Source of the DNA: Sarea resinae
Taxonomy: Eukaryota
Reading direction: 5' to 3'
DNA length: 43,728 nucleotides
Assembly (NCBI GenBank): GCA_026026165.1
Contig: JAPEUD010000004.1
Span: 620,001-663,728, forward strand
Positions 11,799 through 23,288 of the stretch are shown in pieces. The number at the start of each line of letters is the position of its first letter. Position 1 is the stretch's first letter. Position numbers and translations under genes: made by a program. The notes below the pieces were generated by a model. That model was not told the origin of the DNA. It worked only from the letters and a program-made list of their open reading frames with translations, and made no database searches.

Positions 11799-13705
11799 TC
11801 ACTCCCGCCGTCGCCGTTTCCATGCCGGTCCTTCGCCCAGCTTGGTCGACCGCCACGGGCTCGAGTCGTCAGATCCCTCCGATACGCCAATGCTCGGATT
11901 CTCGATCACGTCACCCGCAGCGTCTTTCAGCTGGTCGTCCGAGTCCTCACGCAGGGCCTGAAAGAGGCGGGGCGCGGTGATGGTGAAATAGAATATCTCA
12001 CTCTTTGCTTTGCGCTCTTTCAAGAACCGACTGGCAAACGAGCCGGCCTCGTTTTTTGGAGGCTCTTGTACGGCCGCATCCTGCTTGACCAAAGTCTGTT
12101 CCTTGTCGTCGTCTACCGCTGTCCCTGCTTCCTGTACCGCGTCGGGTTCGGAAGCATTCACTTTGTCATCCTTGCCCTGCTTAATTTCCGGCTTCTTGTC
12201 ATGAGTCGACGTAGAGTCATCGTCAGCCTCCGAGAATGCCCACATCTCTTTAATCTCGCCTCTCACCAAAGCAGTCCCCCATAATGACCCTACAACTCCC
12301 GGGACCAAGTAGAGAAGAGCAGGCTGAGCGTGTCCAAAAACTTGCATCACTCCAATAGTGGTCATCATGCCAACGATATAGCCGATGATGCTGGCATAAA
12401 AGTATGTCTTGGGGAAGGAACCACCCTCCAAGTGTGCCGCGAAGCGCCCGGACCAAAATCGCTCTCCCCATCCGCCAGCAGCAGTTTTATACTTTGCTTT
12501 GATAATATCATCTCTGGAGCCATTCGAAGAGGAGGCCTGTCTCGTTTGCTTCCGAAGATAGAACAAGTACAAGTCGAATCGTAGAGCAAGGCCGATCATG
12601 ATACCCGGGAGGACGACATCTCCTAGACCGAGCATAGCCAGAGACGGTATTAGAGGATCGGCGCCTGGAGCTGCGGGACGAGGAAAAAGTAATTTGATCG
12701 GAATGTCAAGCGACTTGGCTACCGTTACCATGATAGGCCTGATTATAGTGAGTGCTGATCGATCTGAGAGGCAAGGAATACGTACGTGTAAAACACAAAG
12801 TAGATATCGTAAAAGAATAACGCTCCCAAGACAAGAGTGCCGGTCCAAAAGGTAGTCGGGGAGATGAGCTGCAGGGTTCCATAGGAAAACCCGAAGCCCA
12901 AAAGATTCGTCAGGAACCACGGTTTTTGAATCAAATTGTAATAAGCCACGGCCGACAAGCCGATGACAAACCCAGTCACATCCTGAAGGTTAAAAACTTG
13001 CTTGAAGAAGATCGCTTCCTTGAGGATCCCAACATAAACAAGCAACAGCCATTTCTCCGTTACCATCGAGCGAACAGTCCACAGCAATCGGGAGATGGAA
13101 GGGGAGAGCGTCGTTCTTGATAGAAACCCTGGCAGAGGTGTTGATCGCGGAGAATCAGCCGCGTCCTCGCTCGTCCCAATTGCCGTAGCCGCCACCACCT
13201 TCTTCTCGCCGTTTCTGGCTTTCCAGATCCTTTCCTTGTCGACCCACCGATCTGGGAATATGAAAGACGTGAAGACGTTTAGAGAATCTCCAACAAACCT
13301 GGTAACCGTAAAGATGCCAAATGTCGAGAAATACCAATTCAGTATCTTGTTCAGCATGGCGGGGTCCTGAAGCCATTTGATCAGAAAGTATAGGCCAGCC
13401 AACGTTGTGCCGGCAAAGAGAGGAATGGTGATGGCGTCTGTCGGAGAAAATCCTTCTAATTTCTGATGGACCTCTTCCAGCTGACCGTCATCCTCATCTT
13501 CAAAGCCATCTGCGGCGTTATCCTTCCTGCGCTTTTCCGGCGAAACGGCGGACGAGGGTCGGGAGAGAGAAGCGTGAGCGCCCGCGTATATGGGCAGTAG
13601 GGCTGAGGCGATCAGATGGACGTATGTCGGAATGAACGGCTGAAAGATTGAGAATTCGTAGGCCAGGCGACCGAAGATCTCGGAGAAGGGTCCTGGAGCG
13701 GACAT
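11799..13705 (-). CDS. sppA: Signal peptide peptidase (GxGD intramembrane aspartyl protease, A22B; 2 exons, about 619 aa)
   Basis: Exons 13705-12786 and 12738-11799 (47-nt GT-AG intron). Catalytic LFFYD, LGLGD and QPALLY motifs; multiple hydrophobic segments. Confidence 0.93.
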
Positions 13706-14075
13706 GGTAGGAGCTGCGAGGTGAGCGATAGAGGTGGCCTAGTCCATGTTCTGCTAGGCTCAGGATGTCAGGAAGCAGGAGTGAGCAAGCGCCTTTGGGG
13801 GACTCATGAAATCAAAGAGCTTTACTTTGTGAAGTGAGAGGGAGTGTCAGAAGTGAACAAAAGTGTTTGTGGAGGAGCTCTGGGAACGGGAAGCAGTGAA
13901 GGAATGAAGCTGGAGTGTCCGTTCGGCAAGCAGCAATGGAAACAATCGAGGATGGAGAGCTCCGGCGACGTCAAGGTCGACATTTTGCGAACCCTAAACG
14001 GAATGCCTAAACCCTTACTGAGCGCACAGCACTGGATTCACTCACTCACAATTCGTGGACCGTCCGTTCGCAATA

Positions 14076-14687
14076 ATGGCGACTAATGTCGTTCTCGATA
14101 CGACTATGGTGCGCGATCCTGTTCCTGCTGATCCTTGATGGATCACAGCGACTGATAATCGTAACAGGGCTCAATTACAGTCGAGCTCTACAATGACCAT
14201 GCGCCAAAGGTGAGACGCTCCAAGCCCCACTATGCCCATGCTGATGGTCGCTGACTGACCTTTCGAACTCCCTTAGACGTGCAAGAACTTTGCCGGCCTT
14301 GCGCAGCGCGGCTACTACAATAACGTCGTCTTCCACCGTGTCATTCCAAATTTCATGATACAAGGTGGCGACCCGACGGGCACTGGCCGAGGCGGCAGCT
14401 CCATCTACGGCGACAAATTCGAGGATGAGATTCATCCATCGCTCAAACACACTGGTGCTGGCATCCTCAGCATGGCTAATAGCGGGCCGAACACCAATGG
14501 CAGCCAGTTCTTCATCACTTTGGCTCCTACACCTTGGTTGGACGGGAAGCATACCATCTTCGGAAGAGTGAAGAATGGCCTCCGAGTAGTACAGCGCATG
14601 GGATTGGTCAAGACGGGGGCGGATGATCGGCCAGAGGGTGAAGTCAAGATTCTAAATGCTAGGGTCGTGGAAGAAAATGAAGAGTGA
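14076..14687 (+). CDS. cyp1: Cyclophilin-type peptidyl-prolyl cis-trans isomerase, PPIL1-like (3 exons, 161 aa)
   Basis: Exons 14076-14108, 14168-14209, 14277-14687 give [30 protein letters not shown]...[22 protein letters not shown]...[30 protein letters not shown]. Confidence 0.95.
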
Positions 14688-15766
14688 AGGCAACGACTGA
14701 TGATAGGACGGGTTTCACGACGGACGATTGGACTGTTCGGGAGAAAAAGCAGTGTCGAGGGTCTTATTATGAACGTTCACCATTACAACGCAAGACGAGC
14801 GCGTCTCTGCTCGGTGGGATGCATAGGTCGGAGTTGTGGGGTCTGAGATTCGTGAGTTTGACAAGGATTCAGAAAGCCGTCCTTCGCAATTGCACTGCTT
14901 GCACTGCTTGGCCAGGTTGCACATAACGAGCCTTACTGGCTATCCAGAGCGCTGCCACCTGCAATGAATGTCTCGCGTTCAGCTTTCATTATTCGAATCC
15001 AATTACTACCTAGTAGTATTCGAGATCGGCTCAGACATGGGCACGGCAACGGCACGAAAAGGTAGCCACGATAGTTGGTAGCTTTAGCTACCGCGGAAGG
15101 ACAATGAGGGCTGGATAGATATCGAACATAAAAGCACCGCACAAATCAAGTGTAATCAGTGAAATCTTAGTATCTGTTCGTCTCCCGAAACCTCTCGATA
15201 TCAGACATGTGTTTCCGAGGGCACTAAAATTGGAAGATCAGGAGCCGTTGCATATCACCATGGTCCATCTAATCCTGTGCAAATAAAGAAATACAGATGA
15301 AGAACAAGGCAGACCAAGGGGGGAGTGGTTGTGCTAGATGCCCATGACCCAGGCCCCTTGATGATATGTGCCGTCACAAAACGAACCGCTTCCTTCAGGC
15401 TTGAATTCCAGAGCAGCAGATACAGGACGGTTCCAGTCAAGATCGGTCTCCCACAACAGTAGAGGGCAATGAAGACCTCTGGAGGCCACGGAGTCACCAC
15501 GGAGAGGTGAATCTGCAGACCATGGATGTGGTGCAGAGGAAAAGAAAAGAAGAGATTCGCAGCTGGCGAGAGAACTCGATGAAAGAGTCTCGCTTAGTCA
15601 TCAGAATCGGCTACCATATCTCCTCCCACAGGAGAACGTCAAAATCCTCTGGCGAGCCTACTTACCTAAGCAACTTTCTTCTCATCTGACCCACCCACCG
15701 TCCATCACCTCTTTCCCACTCAATTTCTCTTCCTCATTTCCCACCTTCAGGTCTTCATCTTTCAAT

Positions 15767-17781
15767 ATGGAGTCTCTGACAGAGACTGCTTGGGATGTCC
15801 TCATTGCGGGCACTGGCCTGCAACAGTCATTACTAGCACTGTGAGCTCTGATCCGCTGGAATGCTTTTAAAGAGTCCGCGTGTCTGACTGACTTAGCTCA
15901 TGAGGAAGAGCTCTCTCTCGCTCGGGGAAAAAGGTGCTGCATGTTGATCGAAATCGCTACTATGGTGGCGATGATGCGGCGTTCAGTCTGCAAGAAGCTG
16001 AGGATTGGGTGACTGAGGTAGGACAAGGTATGCTCTTTCAGATATCATCATGATCTTCAACATACTAATCGTCGTCTATAGCTCGTCTACCCACATTCAA
16101 AGAGGCCTCCATCAGCCGTGAAGAGTCTACCAGCTCCACAGAGCAGGTCAAAGGCATACCAAGCCTCTCGTTCTCCCGTGCCTACAGCCTCTCTCTTTCA
16201 CCTGAGCTCATCTATACCCGCTCTAAGCTTCTCCCACTTCTTGTCTCTTCAAAGTCTTCACGGCAGCTAGAGTTTTTAGCTGTGGGAAGCTGGTGGGTAT
16301 ATGATGTCGGCCAGAGTGCGGACGAGAGCGCGGACCATGGGACTGTACGCCAGCGAGGAAGGTTGCAGAAGGTGCCGAACGGCAGGGAGGACGTCTTCTC
16401 AGACGAGAGCATCGACTTGAGGTCGAAGCGAGCACTCATGAAATTTTTGAAATTCGTTGGAAGCTTCGAAGACTATGAAGAGGAGTGGCTCTCATTCGCG
16501 TCCAAACCGTTTCCTGAGTTCTTGACTTCCAAGTTCAAACTTCCCGCCGCATTGCAAAAACCTCTTCTCGCACTCACCCTTTCACCGGACGTACCCAATA
16601 AGACAACAACCGCTTTCGCGATTCCTAGGATAGCGAGACATCTAAGATCTATTGGTGTCTTTGGTCCGGGATTCGGGGCTGTTTTAGCAAAATGGGGTGG
16701 TGGCGCCGAAATCGCCCAAGTCGCCTGTCGGGCTGGTGCTGTCGGTGGTGGGGTATACGTGCTAGATCAGGGAGTCAAGCACGTCAGCTCGGCTGTCTCG
16801 GAGACTGCGCATTCTAGTGATGAGCCTAAATCTGATAAGAGGCAACGGGTCGACATCCAACTGGACGGCGGTGATACGGTGTCCTCTCAGTGGGTTGTCG
16901 GTTCCGCCAGCGATATCGCTTCCCATGGTGCGCCTGCCGTGTCGGATGCAGAATCTTCTGTTGAATACTCGACAGTCGCTCGATCCATCACTATCGTCTC
17001 CGCTTCGCTCTCTTCGCTGTTTCCAGTCACTGCTGAAGGAGCTCCCTCTCCCGCAGGAGCGGTGGTAGCATTCCCTACAGGTAGCCTTCAAGGCAGGGCT
17101 GAGCAAGAAGAGCAACCACCAGTCTATATACTTGTCCATTCTAGCGATACGGGAGAATGTCCATCTGGTCAATGTGAGTTTGTTTGACTTCCATTCCTGG
17201 CCCCCGTGGTCTACAAATACGTTATATGATGATTCAAAATTCGAATACTTATCTACATTGTCTGCAATTCTATTGAAGATAACATACCTCTGACAGTCTG
17301 AAACGCTTCCTCTGCACTACTATTATTCTAGTTTTTTCGCACGATGAGACGTAGCTAACACCGCAAGATAGGTATCCTCTACGCCAGCACGCTTGACTGC
17401 CCTGACGCTCACGCCTTGCTTGACGAAGCTGTTAGTTATCTTGTTGATAGCTCCTCAGATGAAACTGCACCCCCACAAATTCTCTATTCTCTACGTTACA
17501 AGCAACAAGGACCCGAGTCTTCTTCCACACACTCAGTATCCGATCTTTCTTCCTTGCCCGTCTCAGCGTTACAGACAGATTCAGACCGTCCGGCCAAGGT
17601 CTACTTGTTCTCTCCACCGTCCCTTGATCTAGCGTTCGATGACCGTATCCTGGATGCTGTGAAGCAGGTTTGGAAGAATATTATAGGCGAGGAAGTCGAC
17701 GAATCCAGCTTTATGGTATTCGAGGAGCGGAACGGTATGGGTGAGGACGGTGAGGACGGCCGGGATGTTGATGAAGAGTGA
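15767..17781 (+). CDS. MRS6: Rab escort protein / Rab geranylgeranyltransferase component A (GDI/REP family; 4 exons, about 564 aa)
   Basis: Exons 15767-15840, 15909-16027, 16082-17173, 17372-17781 (1695 nt). WDVLIAGTGLQQSLLALALSRSGKKVLHVDRNRYYGG, KVPNGREDVF, WGGGAEIAQVACRAGAVGGGVYVL, GECPSGQCILYAST. Confidence 0.92.
17220..17305 (+). ncRNA. Intronic box C/D snoRNA, SNORD34/snR62-like, with a second 18S-complementary guide
   Basis: Inside the 198-nt REP intron 3. Box C ATGATGA (17226-17232), D' CTGC (17262), C' TTGAAGA (17273), box D CTGA (17298-17301), terminal stem CGTT/AACG. D' guide CTTATCTACATTGT is complementary to LSU ACAAUGUAGAUAAG; D guide ACCTCTGACAG is complementary to SSU CUGUCAGAGGU (rRNA sequences recalled). 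Confidence 0.85.
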
Positions 17782-18221
17782 TTGATTGTATGATAGTAAT
17801 GATTGGGCTCGGGACTTGATACCACTTGATACAAGGGAATGACTATGCGCTTCTATTCAAGCTGTGATCCGTGATTTTATTGCGCATACTTTACAGGCTT
17901 ATCGTTGGTTATCGCCATCGCTATGATCTTTCGAGAACGCCATTTGGCTAATTCGCCGAGAAAATCGTATTCACGGCTTGTGCGTATCGTACACATACAC
18001 AACTATGGCCCCTTGCGATCTTCGTCTATCTCTCCCTCCCCACAAGGATCATATGTCGGGCCCCATCATCCCAATCAACTGCCTATTTTCGTATTCCGAT
18101 TCCCCCACCCGTGACCGCCCCCCAAGTCTGCCTAGGTGGAAGAAGGAAGAAAGGGAGTATGTTTCCCATCGGTCTCATGCTGTGCATCAATGTAAAAAAC
18201 CCACATAGTTTTTTTTCTTCC

Positions 18222-19445
18222 TCATCGGCTGGACCCAACATTTGCCAGCACGCCCTTCCACTGCGCCCATCTGCCCTCGGCCATCTTCACTGCTTGCCGC
18301 ATCTCCTCTGGCCCCACGACCCCGCCGCCGCTCTTCTCGATCCGAAGGATCTTGCTCTCTGCCGTTGATGACGAGCCCGAGCAATCCACCACCACCGTTA
18401 CGCTCTCCTTGCACAGGCCCTCCTCGAACGCGTCCGGGTCCGCTAGTATCCACGCATTCTTCTCGCCCTTTGTCTTCCCCGCCGCCGTGAGTCCGTTCCC
18501 GTTCCCAAGGCCACCTCGGCCCCCCCGGTATCTGTCTCCGCTTTCAAACACGGCGAACGTGCTCGCAACGGGAAGACCCGTGAGCGGCAGGCGCAGGGCG
18601 AGGTCCGGAGACGGCGAGCAGATGATCATCTCCCTGTCGGCATCGTAGGTGGCGGCGGGCAGGAGCGTGTCGTGCAGCGCCAGTAGCACCGAGGCCCAGA
18701 TCGCGTCGAAGAGGTTGCCGTCCGCGCTGATGACAAGGACGTCAATGTAGAGCGTCCAGAATCCCTTGGTCACCTTTTTCGGCGCTGAAGAGGCTGGATC
18801 CGTGGTGTTGCTGGGAGGTTGGTATGCTATTCGCAGCGAGGAAGGTCGGATCAGGTGCGTGGAGCGGAGCAGGGAGAGGAGGCGTGCCGAGAGGGTTTGT
18901 GCGAGGGCTGTTGGGGCTGAGCCTGGGAGATGCGATGGCGAACAGCCGGTTGAGAGCTCGATATTGGGGACTAGGAGTGCGAGAGAGCCGAGGAGATCTT
19001 CGTCGTCGTCGGCGTCGTACTTCTTGCTACTCTCGCCGGTGATGTCTTCTCCTTCTCCTTCATTTTCGTCGTCGCCATCATCGTCTGCGGGATCCAAGTC
19101 GCCGCCCACGGCCACGGTAGTAGCGCTGTCCGCGGACCACTCTGGTATATGTCCCACGGGCAACACCTCCCCCCTCACGCCGCAGACACAGGCCGTGTCG
19201 CCTACCCTCACGACCGCGCTGCCCGACGCATGTGATAAGGATGAAGTGTGTGCGGTGGGAGTGCGAAAGTCCGATGGTGAGCGGCCATTTGGACGGACCG
19301 AGGGCTGGCTCGAGGTAGAAGGGCGGAGGTGCGCGAGCAGGTACGGGTGGGGAGAGAGCTTTGCGAATGTTTGGGGAGGGAAGGAGAGGGTTGGTGGGGC
19401 TTGAGCTGCTGATGTTGCTGTTGTCGTGGATAATGAGGTCGCCAT
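18222..19445 (-). CDS. RRP43: Exosome complex RNase PH-like subunit Rrp43 (EXOSC8-like), intronless, 407 aa
   Basis: ATG at 19445 (MATSLSTT). RPNGRSPSDFR, GSAVVRVGDTACVCGVRGE, LLVPNIELSTGC, FWTLYIDVLVISADGNLFDA, LADPDAFEE motifs; acidic insertion. Confidence 0.85.
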   Translation of the reverse strand: MATSLSTTTATSAAQAPPTLSFPPQTFAKLSPHPYLLAHLRPSTSSQPSVRPNGRSPSDFRTPTAHTSSLSHASGSAVVRVGDTACVCGVRGEVLPVGHIPEWSADSATTVAVGGDLDPADDDGDDENEGEGEDITGESSKKYDADDDEDLLGSLALLVPNIELSTGCSPSHLPGSAPTALAQTLSARLLSLLRSTHLIRPSSLRIAYQPPSNTTDPASSAPKKVTKGFWTLYIDVLVISADGNLFDAIWASVLLALHDTLLPAATYDADREMIICSPSPDLALRLPLTGLPVASTFAVFESGDRYRGGRGGLGNGNGLTAAGKTKGEKNAWILADPDAFEEGLCKESVTVVVDCSGSSSTAESKILRIEKSGGGVVGPEEMRQAVKMAEGRWAQWKGVLANVGSSR

Positions 19446-19724
19446 TGTAGGCGATTTGCTTGCTGTGATGAGGTGGTTGACACCCGCTGGAGTCAGAGTC
19501 AGAGTTGGAGTTGGAGATGGATGATCGATCGATTGATTTGATTGATATTGCTGTTTTTCTGTTCGCGGCACCTTGAGATGTTAGATTAGATTGTATCAGA
19601 TTAGATGAGATTAGATTTGAAATCGATGCGTCAGCAGGATGACCTACGATTGCCCTATGATCCAAGAGAGGTGCGACCTGACTGCAGATCGTCCACTGCA
19701 GGCCCGTCACCTCGTCACCTCGTC

Positions 19725-19770
19725 GCGTCGTCACATCGTCACATCGTCACATCGTCACATCGTCACATCC
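19725..19770. repeat. Octamer tandem repeat (CGTCACAT) x about 5
   Basis: cgtcacatcgtcacatcgtcacatcgtcacatcgtcacatc in the RRP43/ferric reductase divergent intergenic region. Confidence 0.85.
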
Positions 19771-19859
19771 AGTTCGTCTGGATCCATCGCGGCGCTTACT
19801 CTGCCCTTTCCATTGGCCCCTTGCTTCTCTGAAATTTGGAAGTCCTTTTGTGCATCTTT

Positions 19860-19906
19860 ACTGCTACTGCTACTGCTACTGCTGCTGCTACTGCTACTGT
19901 TACTGC
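19860..19906. repeat. (CTG/CTA) compound trinucleotide microsatellite
   Basis: actgctactgctactgctactgctgctgctactgctactgttactgc. Confidence 0.85.
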
Positions 19907-20853
19907 CTTTTTTGATGCTTCTACCATAGTACGGACCGTGTTCTTCCCTGGGTGGACCTCTCGAACGAGTCAGCGCGAACGAAAAGTGCATTTTCGCTCT
20001 CTGTGTCAATATCACAATTAATCACAGCTCATCATCCCAGCGCTTATTCCTGAACTCTATTGTCGACGTACGATCGGAAAAGCATGAGAGTGGAAAAGTG
20101 GTCCCATCTATCCTTGAAGACCATTTCGAGATGCTGGTGGCATCAATTTCATGAAAGGTAGAGACTGTCGCTGGCGAATAGATGCTCGCGCTGGGGTGCA
20201 GAGGACGGATTACTCGATACCTTCCCAAAGGGCTCGTCTGGGCCGTCAGGGGTATTAAGGGCCTCGCCAATTATTTGACGAGATGGCGGTTTTCCTGCGC
20301 CCGCATAGCTTACAGCACAGACTTTAATCTTTCACTCTACAGGTTTCGCATCGGGGGTAGCACTTGTCTGCGCCATTTGCCGATCCCGCTCTTCTGTTCT
20401 CAACTCGATCCTCCAGGTTGCGCGGTCAAGCACAGCTCTCCATAGGTTGCGTGGCCCCCATCACTTATCTTAGCTGCATCAATAATTCTTAGCTGCATCA
20501 ATAATGGCTCTAGCTTTAACGTCCCGCTTGGCTTGCGCAAGGGCCAGGACGCCTTCGCAGCCTATCTGTAATCCATCGATGCGGGCTTTCTCAATGCTCT
20601 TCAGTCGCCCTCTTTCACTCACCCACTCTCGGGCTGACAAAATTTGCGTGCAAGGAATCGTCAATCTGCATTTGCCCTTCACTCTGTGCTATCGCAAGTC
20701 CCATTGAGCTCGACAGGCTACAGATTACTTCACGGATATATCTAATGGTCGACTGGGTACTTAAAATCTGGGCAGAAGCTGAGAGGTGGTGACTGGGTGG
20801 TAGCGACCTCGGAAGATTGCACGCCCCGCGATTTTCGAACCACAACAGCTGCC

Positions 20854-23288
20854 ATGTCGGCTTTGGCAGACAGGTGGGCTGGTGTCGCCGCTCATGGCTT
20901 GGACTCAATGATCTTTATCACTGAGCGCGAGCTCAAAGAACACATGCCATACTTGGTCAAGAGAATCAACATCACGACCAACAATACAACACCGCTGCCC
21001 CTCTTCAACGCAGTTAACAAGCAAGACCCATGGCGAAAATCGGGAAAATACGCTCTCGGGTGGGTGTACTTTTCTATTGTTCTTCTCGTCTTCTCCATCT
21101 TCTTTCGACTCTACAACCTTTGGACGGACTTGGTCCGAAGAGACCTGCACAAGGAATTGAACAGAGAGAAAGCTTATGCGGCGACGGCGAACTCTTGGTC
21201 GCCCGCGCAAGGTTATGAGCTAGATAGCGTGCGGACGGAAAACACGACCCAAAAGTTCTTCCCACCGGCGACAGCTGCAGTGGATTTGCCAGAAAACAGG
21301 AAGACACAGTCCTCGCTCTCGTCGATAGCACTTGTCAACGGGTTGATCGCCCTAGTCCGATGGATTTTCTACCGGCCAATGCCTGTTATTCGAATATGGA
21401 AGATACAGATGGTTCTTCCGTCCTTGGGCGTCATCTTTGTCGTTTCCGCCGCCTTTATATTCGTGACCCTATACACTTTTATCCCTCAACCCTACTACTA
21501 CCAGACTATCCGTTTTGGCTCGCCTCCGTTGGCTATTCGCTCGGGGATGATTGCAGTTGCTATGATGCCATGGATCATCGCTACGAGTATGAAGGCGAAT
21601 CTCATTTCTCTTCTCACCGGTATCGGGCATGAGCGATTGAACGTCTTGCATCGATGGGGCGGCTATATTTGCTTATTTCTCAGCTTGATTCACATGATCC
21701 CCTTTTACGTGCAGCCTGTATGGAAAGACAATGGCATGTTGATCTTCAGGCCGCTCTTTAGTAATGGTGTGATAGTCTACGGAACTGGTCAGTCGCTTTG
21801 TCAGGTCGTTGTTCTCACCTATACTGACAACTCGCAGGAATCGCATCCATAGTACCGCTAATGTTCCTATGCGTTCACTCGCTTCCAATTCTCCGCTCGT
21901 GGATGTATGAACTCTTCGTCATAATCCACATTCCGGCCTCTATTGTGTTCTTAGCCATGCTGTTTTGGCACTGCCATAACTTTCTCACTTCGTGGAATTA
22001 CCTCTGGGCCACAGTAGCTATCTGGCTATCGTCCTACTTACTCCGCCTCTTCTTCCTCAACTGGACCAACCCTTTTCGCCGATCAATATTAATTGGTGAA
22101 GAATCCGCCATCACCATCCTCCCCGAAAACGCCGTCAAAATCACGATCCCCACCCAAACCAGATGGCGACCAGGGCAATACGTCTACATCCGCATGCCTG
22201 GAATCGCCCTCTTAGGCAATCACCCCTTCACCATCGCTTCCCTCTGCAGCGACGACTTTCCTTCCGACTACGGTGACAATTACAGAGATATGGCCCTCGT
22301 GTTCCGGCCCTTTGGCGGCTTCACCCGACAAGTCCTCGAGACGGCGGTCCGCAACGGCCCCTACCAGACCTACCAAGCTTTCCTCGACGGTCCGTACGGC
22401 GGAATGCGCCGTCGTCTCGAATCGTTCGATAATGTCGTCCTCATTGCTGGCGGATCGGGAGTCACGGCCATCGTGTCGCATCTTCTGCATCTGATCAAGC
22501 TCATGCGCGACGGCAAGGCCGCCACACGCCGCATCGAGGTTGTCTGGGCCATCAAGCGCACCGAGACGATGAAGTGGTTCCGCGAAGAGCTCAAAATCTG
22601 CCGTGACTTTGCGCCCCCGGATGCCGTGCGCTTCCAGTTCTTCGTCACGGCGGCGCAGCGGCAGGGCGGCGAGCTGAGCGCCAACTCGGCCTTTTCGCCC
22701 ACGACGCCGAACCGGCCCACCAGCTTCCTCAGCGAGAGACTCAATCTCGCGCTCCAGGGCGTGCAATCGAAGCGCAACTCGGCCTACATCCGCGAAGAGG
22801 CCGGCGGCGACGCCGACCGCGAGCAGCAGCTCCGGGCCGAGAACGAAGACGCCATCGCCGCGCTGCCACAAGCCCACCTGGCGCCCGCGACCGGCGGCCT
22901 TAGCTCCCGCCGCCAGCAAGCCCCGCCCGGCCCCCTGCACCTGCCCGCCCAAGAGGACCCACCCAACCCGCAGCTCGACTTCGGCTTTCCTTCCACGCCG
23001 ACCATGCTCGAGAAGAACCTCATGCGTCTCGCGTTCCTGCCGGACCCCGGCATCGCCAACGCCTCGCGCCGCCGCGCCTGGGCCTCCCAGTACGGCCGCC
23101 CCGATCTGCCTTACATGCTGCGCGGCTTCAGCGAGGAGTTTGGGCGCCGGAACTGCGTCTTTGTGTGCGGGCCGCCGGGCATGCGCGTCGATGTCGCCAA
23201 TGCCGTCGCGAGGCTGCAGACTATGGTCTGGGATCGCCACCGGGGCGTCGACGAGGTCTTTTTGCACGCCGAGAATTACGCGTTGTGA
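20854..23288 (+). CDS. Ferric-chelate reductase / metalloreductase (FRE family flavocytochrome; 2 exons, about 794 aa)
   Basis: Exons 20854-21787 and 21838-23288. Paired heme histidines (HRWGGYICLFLSLIH, HIPASIVFLAMLFWH), FAD motif HPFT, DGPYGG, NADPH motif IAGGSGVT, VCGPPGM, C-terminal HAENYAL. Start could be a later Met. Confidence 0.9.

Noticed and set aside
11442..12284. 280-aa plus-strand ORF
   Set aside because: Largely antisense to the SPP 3' exon; no recognisable domain.
13985..14000. AACCCTAA, possible telomerase RNA template or interstitial telomere seed
   Set aside because: Only 8 nt, inside the 370-bp SPP/cyp1 divergent promoter; no room for a kb-scale fungal telomerase RNA.
19725..19770. 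Tandem repeats as a CRISPR-like array
   Set aside because: Eukaryotic DNA; simple tandem units with no spacers.
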